A stretch of 63,998 bases of DNA, filler included, from Reticulomyxa filosa (lineage: Eukaryota; Protista; Foraminifera), in NCBI GenBank assembly GCA_000512085.1. It is 14 parts of 14 records of this genome, joined end to end, with 100 filler letters (N's around TTAATTAATTAA, not from the genome) between each part and the next. Parts side by side here need not be neighbours in the genome. Positions count along the whole stretch, not along the records: positions 1 to 21,501 come from ASPP01010582.1; positions 21,602 to 23,572 come from ASPP01010045.1; positions 23,673 to 26,496 come from ASPP01017825.1; 11 more parts are not named here. One strand, 5' to 3'. Below are positions 11,627-23,849 of this stretch, piece after piece (the first letter of the stretch is position 1; every line of letters begins with the position of its first letter). The notes below the pieces were generated by a model. That model saw only the letters and a list, made by a program, of their open reading frames with translations. It searched no databases and was not told the DNA's origin. Both the position numbers and the translations under genes were made by a program.

Positions 11627-14103
11627 ATGTTTCCGCAAGATAGGCAAAAAACAGAGACAATATACTCCTTTCTCAGAGATCAGCAATATGCACTCGCAGT
11701 GGAGCATTTGAAGAATGAACTGCCGGTGTATCCTCATTCTCGTTGTTTGTTATCATTATTAGGCTACTGTTACTACCACATGCAAGATTTTGAAAATGCA
11801 AGTGCACAATACGAACAACTGATAAAATACCACCCAAACGTTGAGGAATATAGGGTATATTACGCCCAATCACTCTGGAAAGCAGGCATGCATGATGAAG
11901 CTATACGTGCATCGACACATGTGCAAAGTCCGCAATACCAACAACAAATGACCTTTATGAAGGCGGCAATCAAATACGAACAAGAGGATATCCAAGGTCT
12001 CCAAATGATATTGAAGCAATGTCCAAGCGAGGACGTGGAAACAATTGTCGCAAATTCATGTTTGTGTTATAAGGTCGTGAAACAAGAGAGGACAATTTTC
12101 TTTTTTGCACACAATGAAACAATTTTTTTTGAAAAAAAAAAAGGAAGAAAAATATGAAGAAGCATTGAACGGTTTTTTAAAAGCAATGAACGTGATTGGA
12201 TACCGCTCGGACTTATCCTATAATATAGCGTTATGCCATTACATGTTGAAGCAAAATGACGAACTGGAAAAAATTTTGGACGAAGTGATTACCCGAGGAA
12301 TCCGAGAGCACCCCGAATTATGTGTTGGAGTCAATCATATCAAAAGAAACAGCAGTAGTAGTATAAGCAACAAGGAAACGCCTAACATGGTCGTAAAAGA
12401 GAGCAATGATAATGACGAGTTGTTTTCTCCTGGTTCATCTGCCATCGGTGCAACGGTAGCAACAGAAAGCAAAGAGGAAAATGCTCCCATAGTTTCTAAT
12501 GACAACAACGTACACACAAAGTCAGTTGGAAACAGCCAAACGTTGAAAGATACATTATTAATCGAAGTGTTGAATTTGAAGACAGCAAAAGAGTTTTTAA
12601 GTCGAAATATGGAAAAGGCAGAGTTGGCAGTGCATACAATGCCTCCTCGGGATGAACACGAGCTCGACCCAGTTACCTTACACAACCATGCGCTGCTCAA
12701 CATTGGTAACGATATCAACGAATCCTTTCGCAAATTAAACTTCCTCTTAACTCAAGACTCCTTTCCAAAAGAGACTTTTTATAACTTGTTGGTATTGTAC
12801 ATTCAACATCAACTTTACGATCTAGCCGCTGATGTGCTAGCCGAAAATTCGCATTTGCATGAGAACTATTTAGATTCCAGTTTGGCTTTTTTTTTTTTTT
12901 TTCAATTTTTTTTTTGTTTATTACGTATAATTACAAGGAAATTATCATTTGTTTGCTGATGCTGATAGGAAACCTTTGACTTCTTGGAAACCACAATCCT
13001 TGCACAAACATCACCTGCAGAGGCCTATCAACGCTTTGGCTTGATCAACGACCAATACATTGAACGGCTACGGCAGCTGACGAAAAAGCTGAATGAAGCA
13101 CGGATTAACAATGACACGAACAAGATTAAAGAAACAGTGTACTTGTATTTAGAGGCATTGGAAAAGTATGTGCAAGTGCTGATGTCGCAAGCGCGAGTGT
13201 ATTGGGAAAAAAACAATTGGAAAATGGTGCAAAAGATTTTGGAAAATAGTCAAGAGTTTGCTTGCGATCATGACACCTATCGTCTCAATATGGCACATGT
13301 CTTGTTTATGCAACAAAACAAATTCCAAGAGGCCATCCAGTTTTATGAACCCATTGTTCACAAACAAGCTCACTCCGTTTAGTTTTGTTTTTTTCTTTAG
13401 TATTCAACACGCACAATAAAAACAAACTGATAAATACAAATAACAATAGTCAATATTGAATGTTACTGCCATGGTTTTAGCAAATTTGTGTGTTGCATAT
13501 ATTATGACATCGCAAAACAGAGATGCCGAAGAACTAATTAAACAAATTGAAAAAGAAGAAGACCGCGTTTCTCAAATTGTATTTTCGATTTGTTTATTTT
13601 TTTAAAAACATAATCGAAATGGTCATAATGATAACAATATCAAACAGAATCCCAAAAAGCCTTTATATCACTTGTGCATTGTCAATCTGGTAATCGGAAC
13701 TTTGTATTGCTCTAAAGGAAATTATACGTTTGGACTCGGACAAATTGTGAAAAGTTTGGAGCCCTTAGACAAAAGACTTGGGGCCGACACTTGGTATCAT
13801 GCCAAAAGATGTTTTTTATCCTACTTAGATATTTTGGCCAAACAAGTTGTTGTTCTCAAAGATTCCATGTTTCATCAAATTTTATCTTTTTTGGATGCTG
13901 TGGAGGAACATGGACAGTTGTATGTTTATATTTTTTTCACTAAAGCATATGTCCTCGGCCTGGAAAATAAAAATACAATGCACTTTATTTATTTTCTTGA
14001 CAGAACCGCTGCCACAGTTGCGACCAATAAAAAAGACTCACTTCAGACAATTGCACAGGAAGCTAGGCTTTTGAAAACACTATATTTACAAATGGTTGAA
14101 TGA
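11627..14103 (+). CDS. TTC30: Intraflagellar transport protein IFT70 / TTC30 (fleer/DYF-1), TPR protein
   Basis: 'LSLLGYCYYHMQDF', 'YYAQSLWKA', 'GIREHPEL', 'MPPRDEHELDPVTLHNHAL', 'NMAHVLFMQ', 'LANLCVAYIMTSQN', 'HLCIVNLVIGTLYCSKGNY', 'DTWYHAKRCFL' are hallmark TTC30 segments. About 5 introns. Confidence 0.93.
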
Positions 14104-14489
14104 AAATGTTATTTTTGACTAGTTTGTTTCAAATTTTTCTTTTTTTTTAAGATTATTTTTCGGTTAAATGCAATTTTCTTTGAATCTTTGGCGATTCAGA
14201 AAAGATATGTCAGTCATGTCTAAAAAAAGGACACGAATCGTTTTCGCTTTGTGTTCTCTTTGCCGGAACTTTTTCGGGAAACGTTTGACTTTCATTTGAA
14301 ATTAGTTCATAAAAAAATATGAAAACAAACAATCTTAAATAGTGGGAAAAAAATAAACGTTGTTTGCTTTTTTTTTATTATTGTTCAGCACCTTCATTAC
14401 GCACAAGAAAAATGATCCATAAATTACACAAAGATAAAAGCAAACTAATTTTCAATAGTTTGTCCGAATAGGCAAGCCTTGTGTTAAAA

Positions 14490-17278
14490 TTATTTTTGAT
14501 TTGCAAGACGCCTTCTCTTTCGCGGACTATCACTTTCAGGGTGTATACAGGCTAAATGTCTCTTCATTGGTTTTCTTTTTTTACAATCGATCAAAAAACA
14601 GCCACACAAATATTTTCATATTGGTATTCATTCACGTATTTACAAGAAAAAATGAAAAAATGTACACCACTTAGTTTATGAATTTGGACACAAAAAGAAA
14701 AGACAAAACTTGGAGTGAGAGGTAGAACCATGCGTTTTCTTTGAAATGGGACGATTGAAAAGTGGACTTTTCAAGGGTTTAGGTGTCTTTCTCAATCCAG
14801 TGTCAACTTTAGGTTTTACATTGGAATAATCAAACCTTTTTTTTTGCTGGAAGTACTAATTGCTGCCTTACTCTCTGCCATTTTGTTTTCCTCCAATTTC
14901 AATTCATTACTATCAAGATCATCCTCCACACTTTTTTGAGTCCTGAACAAATAACAATAAGCAAAAAAAACAATTCCAAATTCGAGGATTCAGTGTTCCT
15001 CCTTTCTCTTTTCTCTCTGCCTTCAACAGTTTTTTTTGTGTTTGTCTACAAACTCAATGACGGGATCATCGTCTTGTCGAAGAGGAGACAGAGGTTTGGC
15101 AGTTTGGTGCTCTTCTTCAATGCACGCAAGATGCACAGGGCAAGGATTGGACGTATTTTTGGTTTGGCTCTTTCGCAGCAGCGGCGTGTCATTGCGATGC
15201 GGCGGTTTACCTTTGTTACTCTGCGCTTTTTGACTATTCGAAGAGGATGGTTTCGCTGCTTCATTACAAGTTTTTTGTTGATTCAAAGTGCTTGTTAATG
15301 GCCTTGCAGGAGTCAACAGTTTTTGCATACGCTGATCTTTTGCAGCTGGAGAAAGTGTATTTATATTGCAACTTTGTTTTTTTCCCTTCACAAAAAAATT
15401 GTTATATTTAAACATGCAATTCATGTTTCACAATATACCTTGCCAATCTGCAATTGATTGTTGTTCATCAAATAATTTCGAATGAACTTTTTCCCAGTCC
15501 TTGTGTTTTTTCTTCATTGGTGAAGTACTGTTGCTCTCCACTTTGCCAATGTCCTTGCGAGTTGATTTTGTTTCTGATTTTTGTTTCCAATCACCAATTT
15601 CATGCTGGCTTTCCAAATCTTTTCAATTAAAGTATTTCCATTATATACTCTTATTTATTGTATAATCAATTAAAAAAAAAATTAGGTATGTACCATTCAT
15701 TATTCGTGTCAGTTCATCGACAATGGCCTGTCGATGGCTTGTACTGATTTCTGTGGTAGATGCAAATCTGGTTGTGGCAACAGTGGCATCTATTCAATGA
15801 ATAATCAAAGCTTCACATTTGCACTTGCTTTTGTTGCAAGGGATGCATTTGCAAACTCAACTGTTTTTTATTGAAGCTCCCAAGCTATTGAGTTGACTGG
15901 TTTGCAAACGGTAGTTTTTTGGACTCTCATTTTCCTTGTTGTTTATTGTTATTGCTGTTACTGTCCATGCTTCAGTGGGCCGATTCTCACTTTGGCCTTC
16001 TTTCGTCATTGGCTTTGTGCCTATCTCACAAACAGTTTTCAACTGCATCACCTTTGCTCTCTCTTTATATTCATTTGTTTGCTAACAATACAAATGTAAT
16101 TAATAATGCCAAACCTTCAGTTGTCTTAATTGTGCCTTCCAACGTTTCTGGTCTCTGTGCTGTCAAATTTGGACATGGTCTTTCTTCGGCGCCAATGTCC
16201 CCTTCATCATCTTCACACGCATCCAACAACAGCATAAAAAAGAGGTTAAATGTTTCTTTTTTTTCGCCTCCAATGAAATGTGTTCTTAGTTTAACAAAGA
16301 TGACAAAGCAAAAACTCTTCGAGAACACTTTTTTTTTTTGCACAACAAAAAAAAGCAAACAGTTTGGTAGTGGACGACGGTTTTCTTCATGCGCAACATC
16401 AGCAGCTGCACCAGGCATTTTCACATTACTTTTCTGAGAATCTTCTCTCGGCCTCTTTACCTTTGGCTGAGTTGTTCCACACAACCAATTCTTGTGAATT
16501 TCACCAAAAAAACCCGTTTTTTCTCTCACCCCCTTCCCCTTGCGGACCTTTTTTTCCAATAACGAAAAAAAAAAAAAAAAGGGGTTACAAAAAAAAACAA
16601 AACAGTGATTTTTGTTTGTTCGTCTTCCACTTGTGCATTGTAATCCCTTTCGATTGGATATGCATCTTTCGTCGCAGGCGTTGATTCCACACGACAAGAG
16701 GAGACGTATCCTTGATCAGATGAAACCAAACAATTGGACTTGCTGCCACCAGCATCTAACGCGGAAAATGGACTTTTCAAAGCGTCGTTTTTTGCTTCCT
16801 TGGACACTGCACCACATTCGTCATGTTCTGCTCCTTCTTTTTCTTCTTTTTTGTTCTCTTGGATCTCGTCATTTTTATATTCCTCTTCTTTCTCAAATAC
16901 TGCTAACAGTTTTTGAACGATGTTTGCGGACTTTTTTGTTTATTTTTAATGTCCATGCCAATTTTTTTGCAAGTAGGATATGAAAACAGATAGACGTTAT
17001 GCTAGTCACAGTCGCATAACATACCGGTTCGGTGTCTTTCAATCCGTGCTTTTTGGCAAGGCTTTGCAACTCTCTCTTTTTCACAGAAGACAACTGTTCC
17101 TTGCCGAACACCGTCAACAACTTTTGAGGATTAAGGATATCACCAAAAATAAATTTTATAGTCTCTATCTTGTCGTTTGGAGGATTTTTACATCCAATTA
17201 TACTTCAACAACAAAAAAAAATTTTCAAAAAAAAAAAAAGAAAAAGCTCAGGTCGTTTTTCAGTAAGTTTGAAGACAT
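14490..17278 (-). CDS. Multi-exon SAP-domain, largely disordered basic protein with a NuSAP-like motif (start uncertain)
   Basis: Spliced N-terminal SAP-like helix pair 'EQLSSVKKRELQSLAKKHGLKDTEP|SANIVQKLLAVF'. Internal motif 'DWEKVHSKLFDEQQSIADWQ..AKDQRMQKLLTP'. C-terminal basic tail 'SPRKRRRLANQK*'. The first exon junction has no clean phase match. Confidence 0.55.
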
Positions 17279-18329
17279 AGAGCTTAGAGACGTGGAATTG
17301 CCAATCACAAATGATGAAAAATAATGCACTCCACAACTTTTAGACTACTTTTTTATGTGTATTTGTGTAATAATTTATTTTATTTTTTGGTAGTGCACTT
17401 TCCCAAGAATTACAAATGCTCGATCACAAAAAATGATATGGAATTAATGAAATATATAGATATACTTTCGTGTTTGTGACATTTTTGTTTGACTTTGTTG
17501 CTGCCATTATGCGTAAGTGAATCAAAAACTTGTTTTCATCATCCTTTTGTATTATACAGTATTTTGCAAAAAAAAAGACAATCATATTCTATCCAATGAA
17601 AACAATCAATTTTTTCAATGAAAAGCAAACATTTAATAATATATTTTTTGAACATATCTACATGAAGTACAATTTCTGAAAACACAATGAAACGTTTAAA
17701 ATTTTAATGACCGCCAGATCAGAAATATTATAAGATTAATATCACATTAAAATCTCGGCATTATAGATACTTTTTAAAATTCGGATAAAAGGTTTATTTT
17801 TCATAGATAAAATCTATTTTTTAAAGCAGCATTATAGATTGACATTTTTGCAAGCTCCATATAATTTCTATAATGTAATTATCAGACCATTATGAAAGAT
17901 TTCAATAATCATATAAAGGATATTCATGCAAATAACTTGTTACTGTGAAAAAGACATTTAATGGTAAAAGTACCTACAAATGGCTTTGTTTAATCCAAAC
18001 TTACAAACGCGATAATTTGTTAATATTAATTTGTTGAATATCTAACATATGTAGAAAAAAGTATTATTCAAAATTTTGTCATGTACCATTTTTTCTTTAA
18101 AAAATTAGTCAGAATTAAAAAGAGCTAGACAAACAAAAATACACAGTTCATGCACAAGTTTTTTGGAAAAGCATTACCATGCTTTGCTTGATATTTTCTT
18201 TGTCAATTACCCTCATATGAAGTTCTTTGTTTCACAAGATTTACAAATACAACACGTTTTAACAGACGTTTAGTTCGAAGAAAGGTTGAGAGCCTCTTTA
18301 GAACTTTCCAAAAAGATTGTTGTCAAAGC

Positions 18330-19347
18330 ATGCCATTGAACGCCCAAAAAGCGGGCTTCCATTCGATGGCCGGCTTACTTAGCACTCTTGTGATCAGTTC
18401 GTTGGGTAGCCTTTATTGTCTTTGGCTGTTGTATGTAGTCTGGCGTAACATGTGGGCAGTGACAAGAAAAAGAGTAGGCAGTGAGATTCAACTCTCCATT
18501 CAAGGAGATGACACGAAAATGGGAACGACTTTAAGTGTACCCCCTCTTCCAGAAAAGAGTGTAAAAAGACCCATACCAATTGATGTCAGGATCAAATGGA
18601 TTGTAACACTATACATAATTGGATGTCTTTTGACATGCGTCGGGAATGTATGTGAGCATTTGATCTTTGCATCAGTGCAGAGTGTTGGAAAAGCATGTTT
18701 TCACGGACTATACATAATGTATGCACGAATTTTTATCGAGGGATTGTTCTATTCATTTTATTTGATACGTGCAGCACTACTTTTGCAAGGGGGTACGTTC
18801 GAAATTTCGAAACGCCGACAGTATTTGTTTTGGATTGCACCAACCGTCACATTTTTCCTTACATTATTTAGTTATACCCTAAATATACAACTTTCTCACT
18901 GTGACAGAACGAGAATCGCAACTTCTGTGCTTCTTGGAATGCTTATCTTTGTTCATTGGTTTTGGGATATTACTTTATTTTTTTTTTGGTTTATCATGTT
19001 TACAAAGTTAAGCTCTTTTTTTTTGTTTACGTCTTTTCAAGTTATGAATGGATATTTTTGTAATGTTCAAAAAAAAGATTGCCAATGAGAAGACAATTAG
19101 CGGCCAACTCCGAAAAGACTTAAACGAATATTTAAAAAAGCTGTTGCGATTGTTTTTGTTCACAGAGATATTTGCTCTTGCTATTTACGTGGTTGGGATT
19201 GTGCCTGGTTGGAATGATGCCCTTTGGTTGATGGTGAATATTGATCTCTGTGTCAATTGCTCTGTTATGCTGCTGTCATTCGGTTTTACAAAACCCGTTT
19301 TTAATTTTTTTTGCTTGTGTACATTTACTAACGTCAATATGCAATAA
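18330..19347 (+). CDS. Orphan seven-transmembrane (GPCR-like) protein
   Basis: Five hydrophobic segments in ORF 18330-19088 and two more in 19048-19347. Intron 19007-19077, preceded by a probable 1-bp error in the T-run near 18980. Confidence 0.55.
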
Positions 19348-20479
19348 TTTATGTGTTCGTTGTATTCATTCTCCTCTAATGCAACAAAAGAGGATATGAG
19401 TGTGAAACGCTCTTAAATTTGTAAATATTGATCTTTTTTGTGCTCCGTAAACATTTTAATCACATTCTCAAAAATCGTCCCAAAAAAAAGATGGCTTTGG
19501 TCTTGATTGATAATTTAAACACGTAAGCAGCTGCACATACCCATGCGACAAATGTTTCCCCAAATTACAGATGCGTTTTGGTGAGAGAAATTACACACTA
19601 ATTTGTACAACAGCTTCCAAGAATTAATACCCTTTGCTATATCAAGTATTGCACAAATAGCATTACATTGAATATAAAGACATAAAAGAACAAGATGGAG
19701 TAAAGTGAGAAAATTAACAGACAAACAAGAAACTACACAGAAAGAAATGATATACATATGATTCATTTAACGTCTCATTTGATCTCTGGTTTAATATTCA
19801 AGAAAGATATAATTTCATATGTAATAATTTTCTTGAGTTCTAGGACTTTTCGAAATCGATTATATTTTTTTTGGACGTGGTGATTTTGGGATTGTATTTT
19901 TTTCTATTCCGAAAAGAGCTTTTTAAGAAGCATGAAGCATAACCTTAAAAAAATTTGATGCTTGCTTCTTTGGTCTTAAGTGGAATAACTTCAGTACAGA
20001 GGAATGAATGGAAAATAATGAGAAATGTGTTGTATATTGTAAATACGCTGTTTTACCCACAACACAACTCGTTTTATAAAACGTAATGCCATCATTAAAT
20101 GTAAACTAAATCAATTATTTGTGGATGTACAGTACTTTTTAAAAAATATGGGTCCAAAAAGGAAGTCGCAGTAGTTGGTGTCACAATACCAATACCCAAT
20201 TGTTATGGCCGTGAAAATGTTATCAAAGCTGGATTACCAACAATCCATGTATTATTGTTTATTTTTGAGCTATTTTGTTACAAAACAAGATTAGATATTC
20301 CAGCACGCGGTATGCTATCGAATGGAAAATGGAAATATAAATAAAATATGGAAAAAGTTACTATACTAAAAAGTGTTATAAATGACGATACTATTACTTC
20401 ATCAAATAAAAAACTATATTTAAACTGACGCCTAAAATAATAAAGAGTGATTATTTGAGTGATTTGATCACATTTCAAT

Positions 20480-20880
20480 ACAAATAATAAGAAAGAGGAA
20501 AAACAACTTTATGAAACAATAAAATAACAAATCATTATATTTAAAAGAATCCAGATGAATTAATATTAAATGATAAATATTAACAATAGTCAATGAAGTG
20601 GGGAAATTGTATCATGAATATTCACTTAAATTACATGAAATTTGTGCAATATTATTGTATTATGGGAAATTATGTAACTCTGAATTTAATTATGATTCAA
20701 TACAATTTCAACATTACATGGAATTTGATATCCCTTTGCAAATTGCATCAAAATGTCGCACAGCCATTGTGAAATTTTATTTTCTAGATCGTATATGCAG
20801 CTTTTGCGAGGAAAAAAAAATGAGAATTAGTTGCATAGAAAATGAAGATGAAAATACACAAATAATATTGCTGACGTAGC
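20480..20880 (+). pseudogene. Decayed fragment of an expanded lineage-specific gene family
   Basis: Protein-like remnants 'LHEICAILLYYGKLCNSEF' and 'ENEDENTQIILLT' among stops and frameshifts in AT-rich DNA. Family resemblance is from recall only. Confidence 0.35.
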
Positions 20881-21501
20881 GTTGAATATTTGTTTTTCAT
20901 GAAGAAAATCGATTTCGTAAAGAACATAATATTTTTTTGCAAACTGTATCTGAATTGAATACTTATAGTTGTTGATTTTCTTTGAATCCCAAAAACAAAC
21001 GATATTATCATACAATGAATTGTCATAATCGAATATTAAATAGTCGACACTAGCCCAATTTGGTGTCCAATGAAAGTCTTGTAATTTGGATAATAAAGAA
21101 ACACATTAAACATTTGCTTGTATTAAACTCTGAACATGGAATACAGCAAATAACATATTCAACAACAAATCTGTTGGAATTCGGTCCATCATTATTTAAT
21201 GTTTATTATAATCTGTTCTTTGCTGTGTTGAAAATTAAAAAGAAATTTTTTTATATCAATATGAAATTGAAAGGAATATTACATTAGTTAAAAAAAAAAA
21301 CAGTATACCTAAAAAAAATGTGGCTTTTTTAGTATTTGACTTATTATCTTTATTGAAAAGAGCCAAAGTAAAAATAATTTTGTATATACATAGAACAAAT
21401 CACAGATTATCTTTCCTCTATGTTGTACTACAGTATGTTGCAAGAAAACTGAACGCATAAAACATATCTTATGATGATAATTGATTTTCTCAATGAAAAA
21501 T

Positions 21502-21601
21502 NNNNNNNNNNNNNNNNNNNNNNNNNNNNNNNNNNNNNNNNNNNNTTAATTAATTAANNNNNNNNNNNNNNNNNNNNNNNNNNNNNNNNNNNNNNNNNNN
21601 N
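21502..21601. other. Artificial contig spacer (44N-TTAATTAATTAA-44N)
   Basis: Identical 100-bp element with stops in all six frames; occurs 13 times in the window. Confidence 0.98.
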
Positions 21602-21634
<33 letters not shown>

Positions 21635-21650
21635 CAAATATAATAAACAG

Positions 21651-22290
21651 TAAGTGTATTGTACGAAAAGTTGAATGAAGGACAAAGATTAAATCCTTGC
21701 GATGAACAGATGGAAAGTGATAGCAATGAAATGATGGGCAAGCGCGACGTTGATGCTATTACGCAACATTTGGAATCTGTTTTGACCATCGATCCACAGT
21801 TACGTCTTGTTGCATGCTGTGGTGCATTCTCATGTTTGAGAGGTGCATGTACAACATGTATAGATTAGAGACGCAGCTGCAAGCGATGAAAGACGGAACC
21901 TGGAATGAAGAGGAGTGCGAACATGACCTAATTGATATGAAAGAATATGACGGTCTTGAACAGAATTACGAGGACGATTACGACGAAGATTATGAAAAAG
22001 AAGAAAATGATAATGATAATGACAATGACGAAGAGGCACGCGATCACGATTATAATGACAACGATGATCATAGTGATCATGACGATGATGATGATGACGA
22101 TGCATGTTTTGATAACGATAATGGAGACGAAAATGTAGGAAATAATCAAAGCAAAGATGATCAATGGCAAGAACATTTTGAAAAACACTATAGGCAACAT
22201 CCTGATAAGGAAACTGCCAATCAAAATGTCAATGGCCAATTCTCGGACGGTGATAGCAATGACGCGTCCGAAACCGAAAATATTGATTAA
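21651..22290 (+). CDS. 3' part of a hypothetical protein with a Cys cluster and D/E/N-rich acidic tail (5' truncated)
   Basis: ORFs 21659-21868 and 21814-22290 overlap with a frameshift near 21865; acidic low-complexity C-terminus. Confidence 0.45.
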
Positions 22291-23117
22291 ATTTTTAGTT
22301 GTTTTTTATTTTGTTTTAATTAAATGCATTTATCCCATCTTTCAAAAAATGGTATCTTTTACTTTTTTTTATCTTAGCAAAAGCGCGATTGATTGATGAA
22401 CGAAAAAAAATCGTATCGGTAGAAGTTTCATTTTTTAAAAAAAGAATCAAGATTATTTGCATAAAAATTAAATCACATATGACTCATATGCGAACTGCCT
22501 CCGTCAATGTTCGATGCATCACTTGTCAGTTCCTCAAATATAGCAATTTAGCTCATACATCGTATCTTATGTCACCGAAAGCAATATGTGATTCTAAAAT
22601 AAACTCGTACAAATCTAGACGAGGAAGAACAATAGCTAATAAAAATCAAAACTCTAGAGCTTAGGCGTTTAGTTTTTGTGTAAGCTAAGTTTTAAACACG
22701 AATCCCTTAATATCGTAACACTGCACGTAGTTTTGTAAATAGGATCATTTTTTTACTTTTTCCCCATATTTGATAATCTTACGCAAAGGAAACGATATTG
22801 GTTTAAAAAACCATAACAATGTGACACACTACAGATTTACAAGTGAAATTTCACATTGGCAATGACAAAAGTCTTATTTACGAAGGAAAAAAAAAAAAAA
22901 AGGAGTATCTCTTGTTTGTCAAAGCAATGCATGTTAGATTGTTTTTTATTTTTTGTTTAATATTTAATTTTTTGTAAAGCAACATACAAACCAACAACCA
23001 AGGTTTTTTTTTTATTGTCACAGTGCGCTGATAAAAAGATGGTTATTTTTCAAAAGAAACAACAGCATAAAAAAAAGAACAAACAATTAGAGAACTCTAA
23101 GGTAAAGAAGCATCCGA

Positions 23118-23572
23118 TCAAAGAAGAGTGCAAAATCCACCTTTTTTGGATTCCCCACCGTTGGTGTTTGGTCCCTTAATTTTTTTCTTCTTACGAATTT
23201 CTTCAACGCATTCTAAAAACACTTTATCCACATTAATTTTTCCTTGGCGCTTGCTTCAAACCACAAGCATTTCCATTCCTTACTCTTCTCTTCTCCTTCA
23301 GCTTTGCTGATGGATCTTTCGCGCTCCAAATCACACTTGTTTCCGACCAAAACCAAAGGTATTGTTTGCTTTTCGGGGTCGACATCCAATATACGTATTA
23401 TTTTGTCACGAATTCCAGTAGCCTCTGCTAAAGATTCTTTACTGTTTATTGCATAAGCCAATACAAAGCCATCTCCCTTTTTTTTTTTTCCCCCCCGTTC
23501 CCAGTATTTATTTTGTTTTAAGTTTGCAATCAATCACACATCAAGTTTTTGGTAAGAGATATACGTCATGGC
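23118..23572 (-). CDS. Ras/Rap-family small GTPase, C-terminal half (5' truncated by contig end)
   Basis: 'GDGFVLAYAI', G4 'LVLVGNKCDL', G5 'FEASAK', and CaaX 'GGFCTLL*' after a 1-bp frameshift near 23240. Confidence 0.88.
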
Positions 23573-23672
23573 NNNNNNNNNNNNNNNNNNNNNNNNNNNN
23601 NNNNNNNNNNNNNNNNTTAATTAATTAANNNNNNNNNNNNNNNNNNNNNNNNNNNNNNNNNNNNNNNNNNNN
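23573..23672. other. Artificial contig spacer
   Basis: 44N-TTAATTAATTAA-44N. Confidence 0.98.
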
Positions 23673-23849
23673 ATTAATAAAAAAATGGAATAATAAGAAA
23701 AAAAAAAGAAAAATGAAAGAAAAAAAAAAAAGAAACAAGTATGAAAAAAAAAGGAAAAAAAGTATGGAAAAAGGAAAAAAAATAAATGAAAGGAAAAAAA
23801 AAAGAAGAATAAGAAATTATATTTTAATTTTAAGTTTTTAATATTTGAA

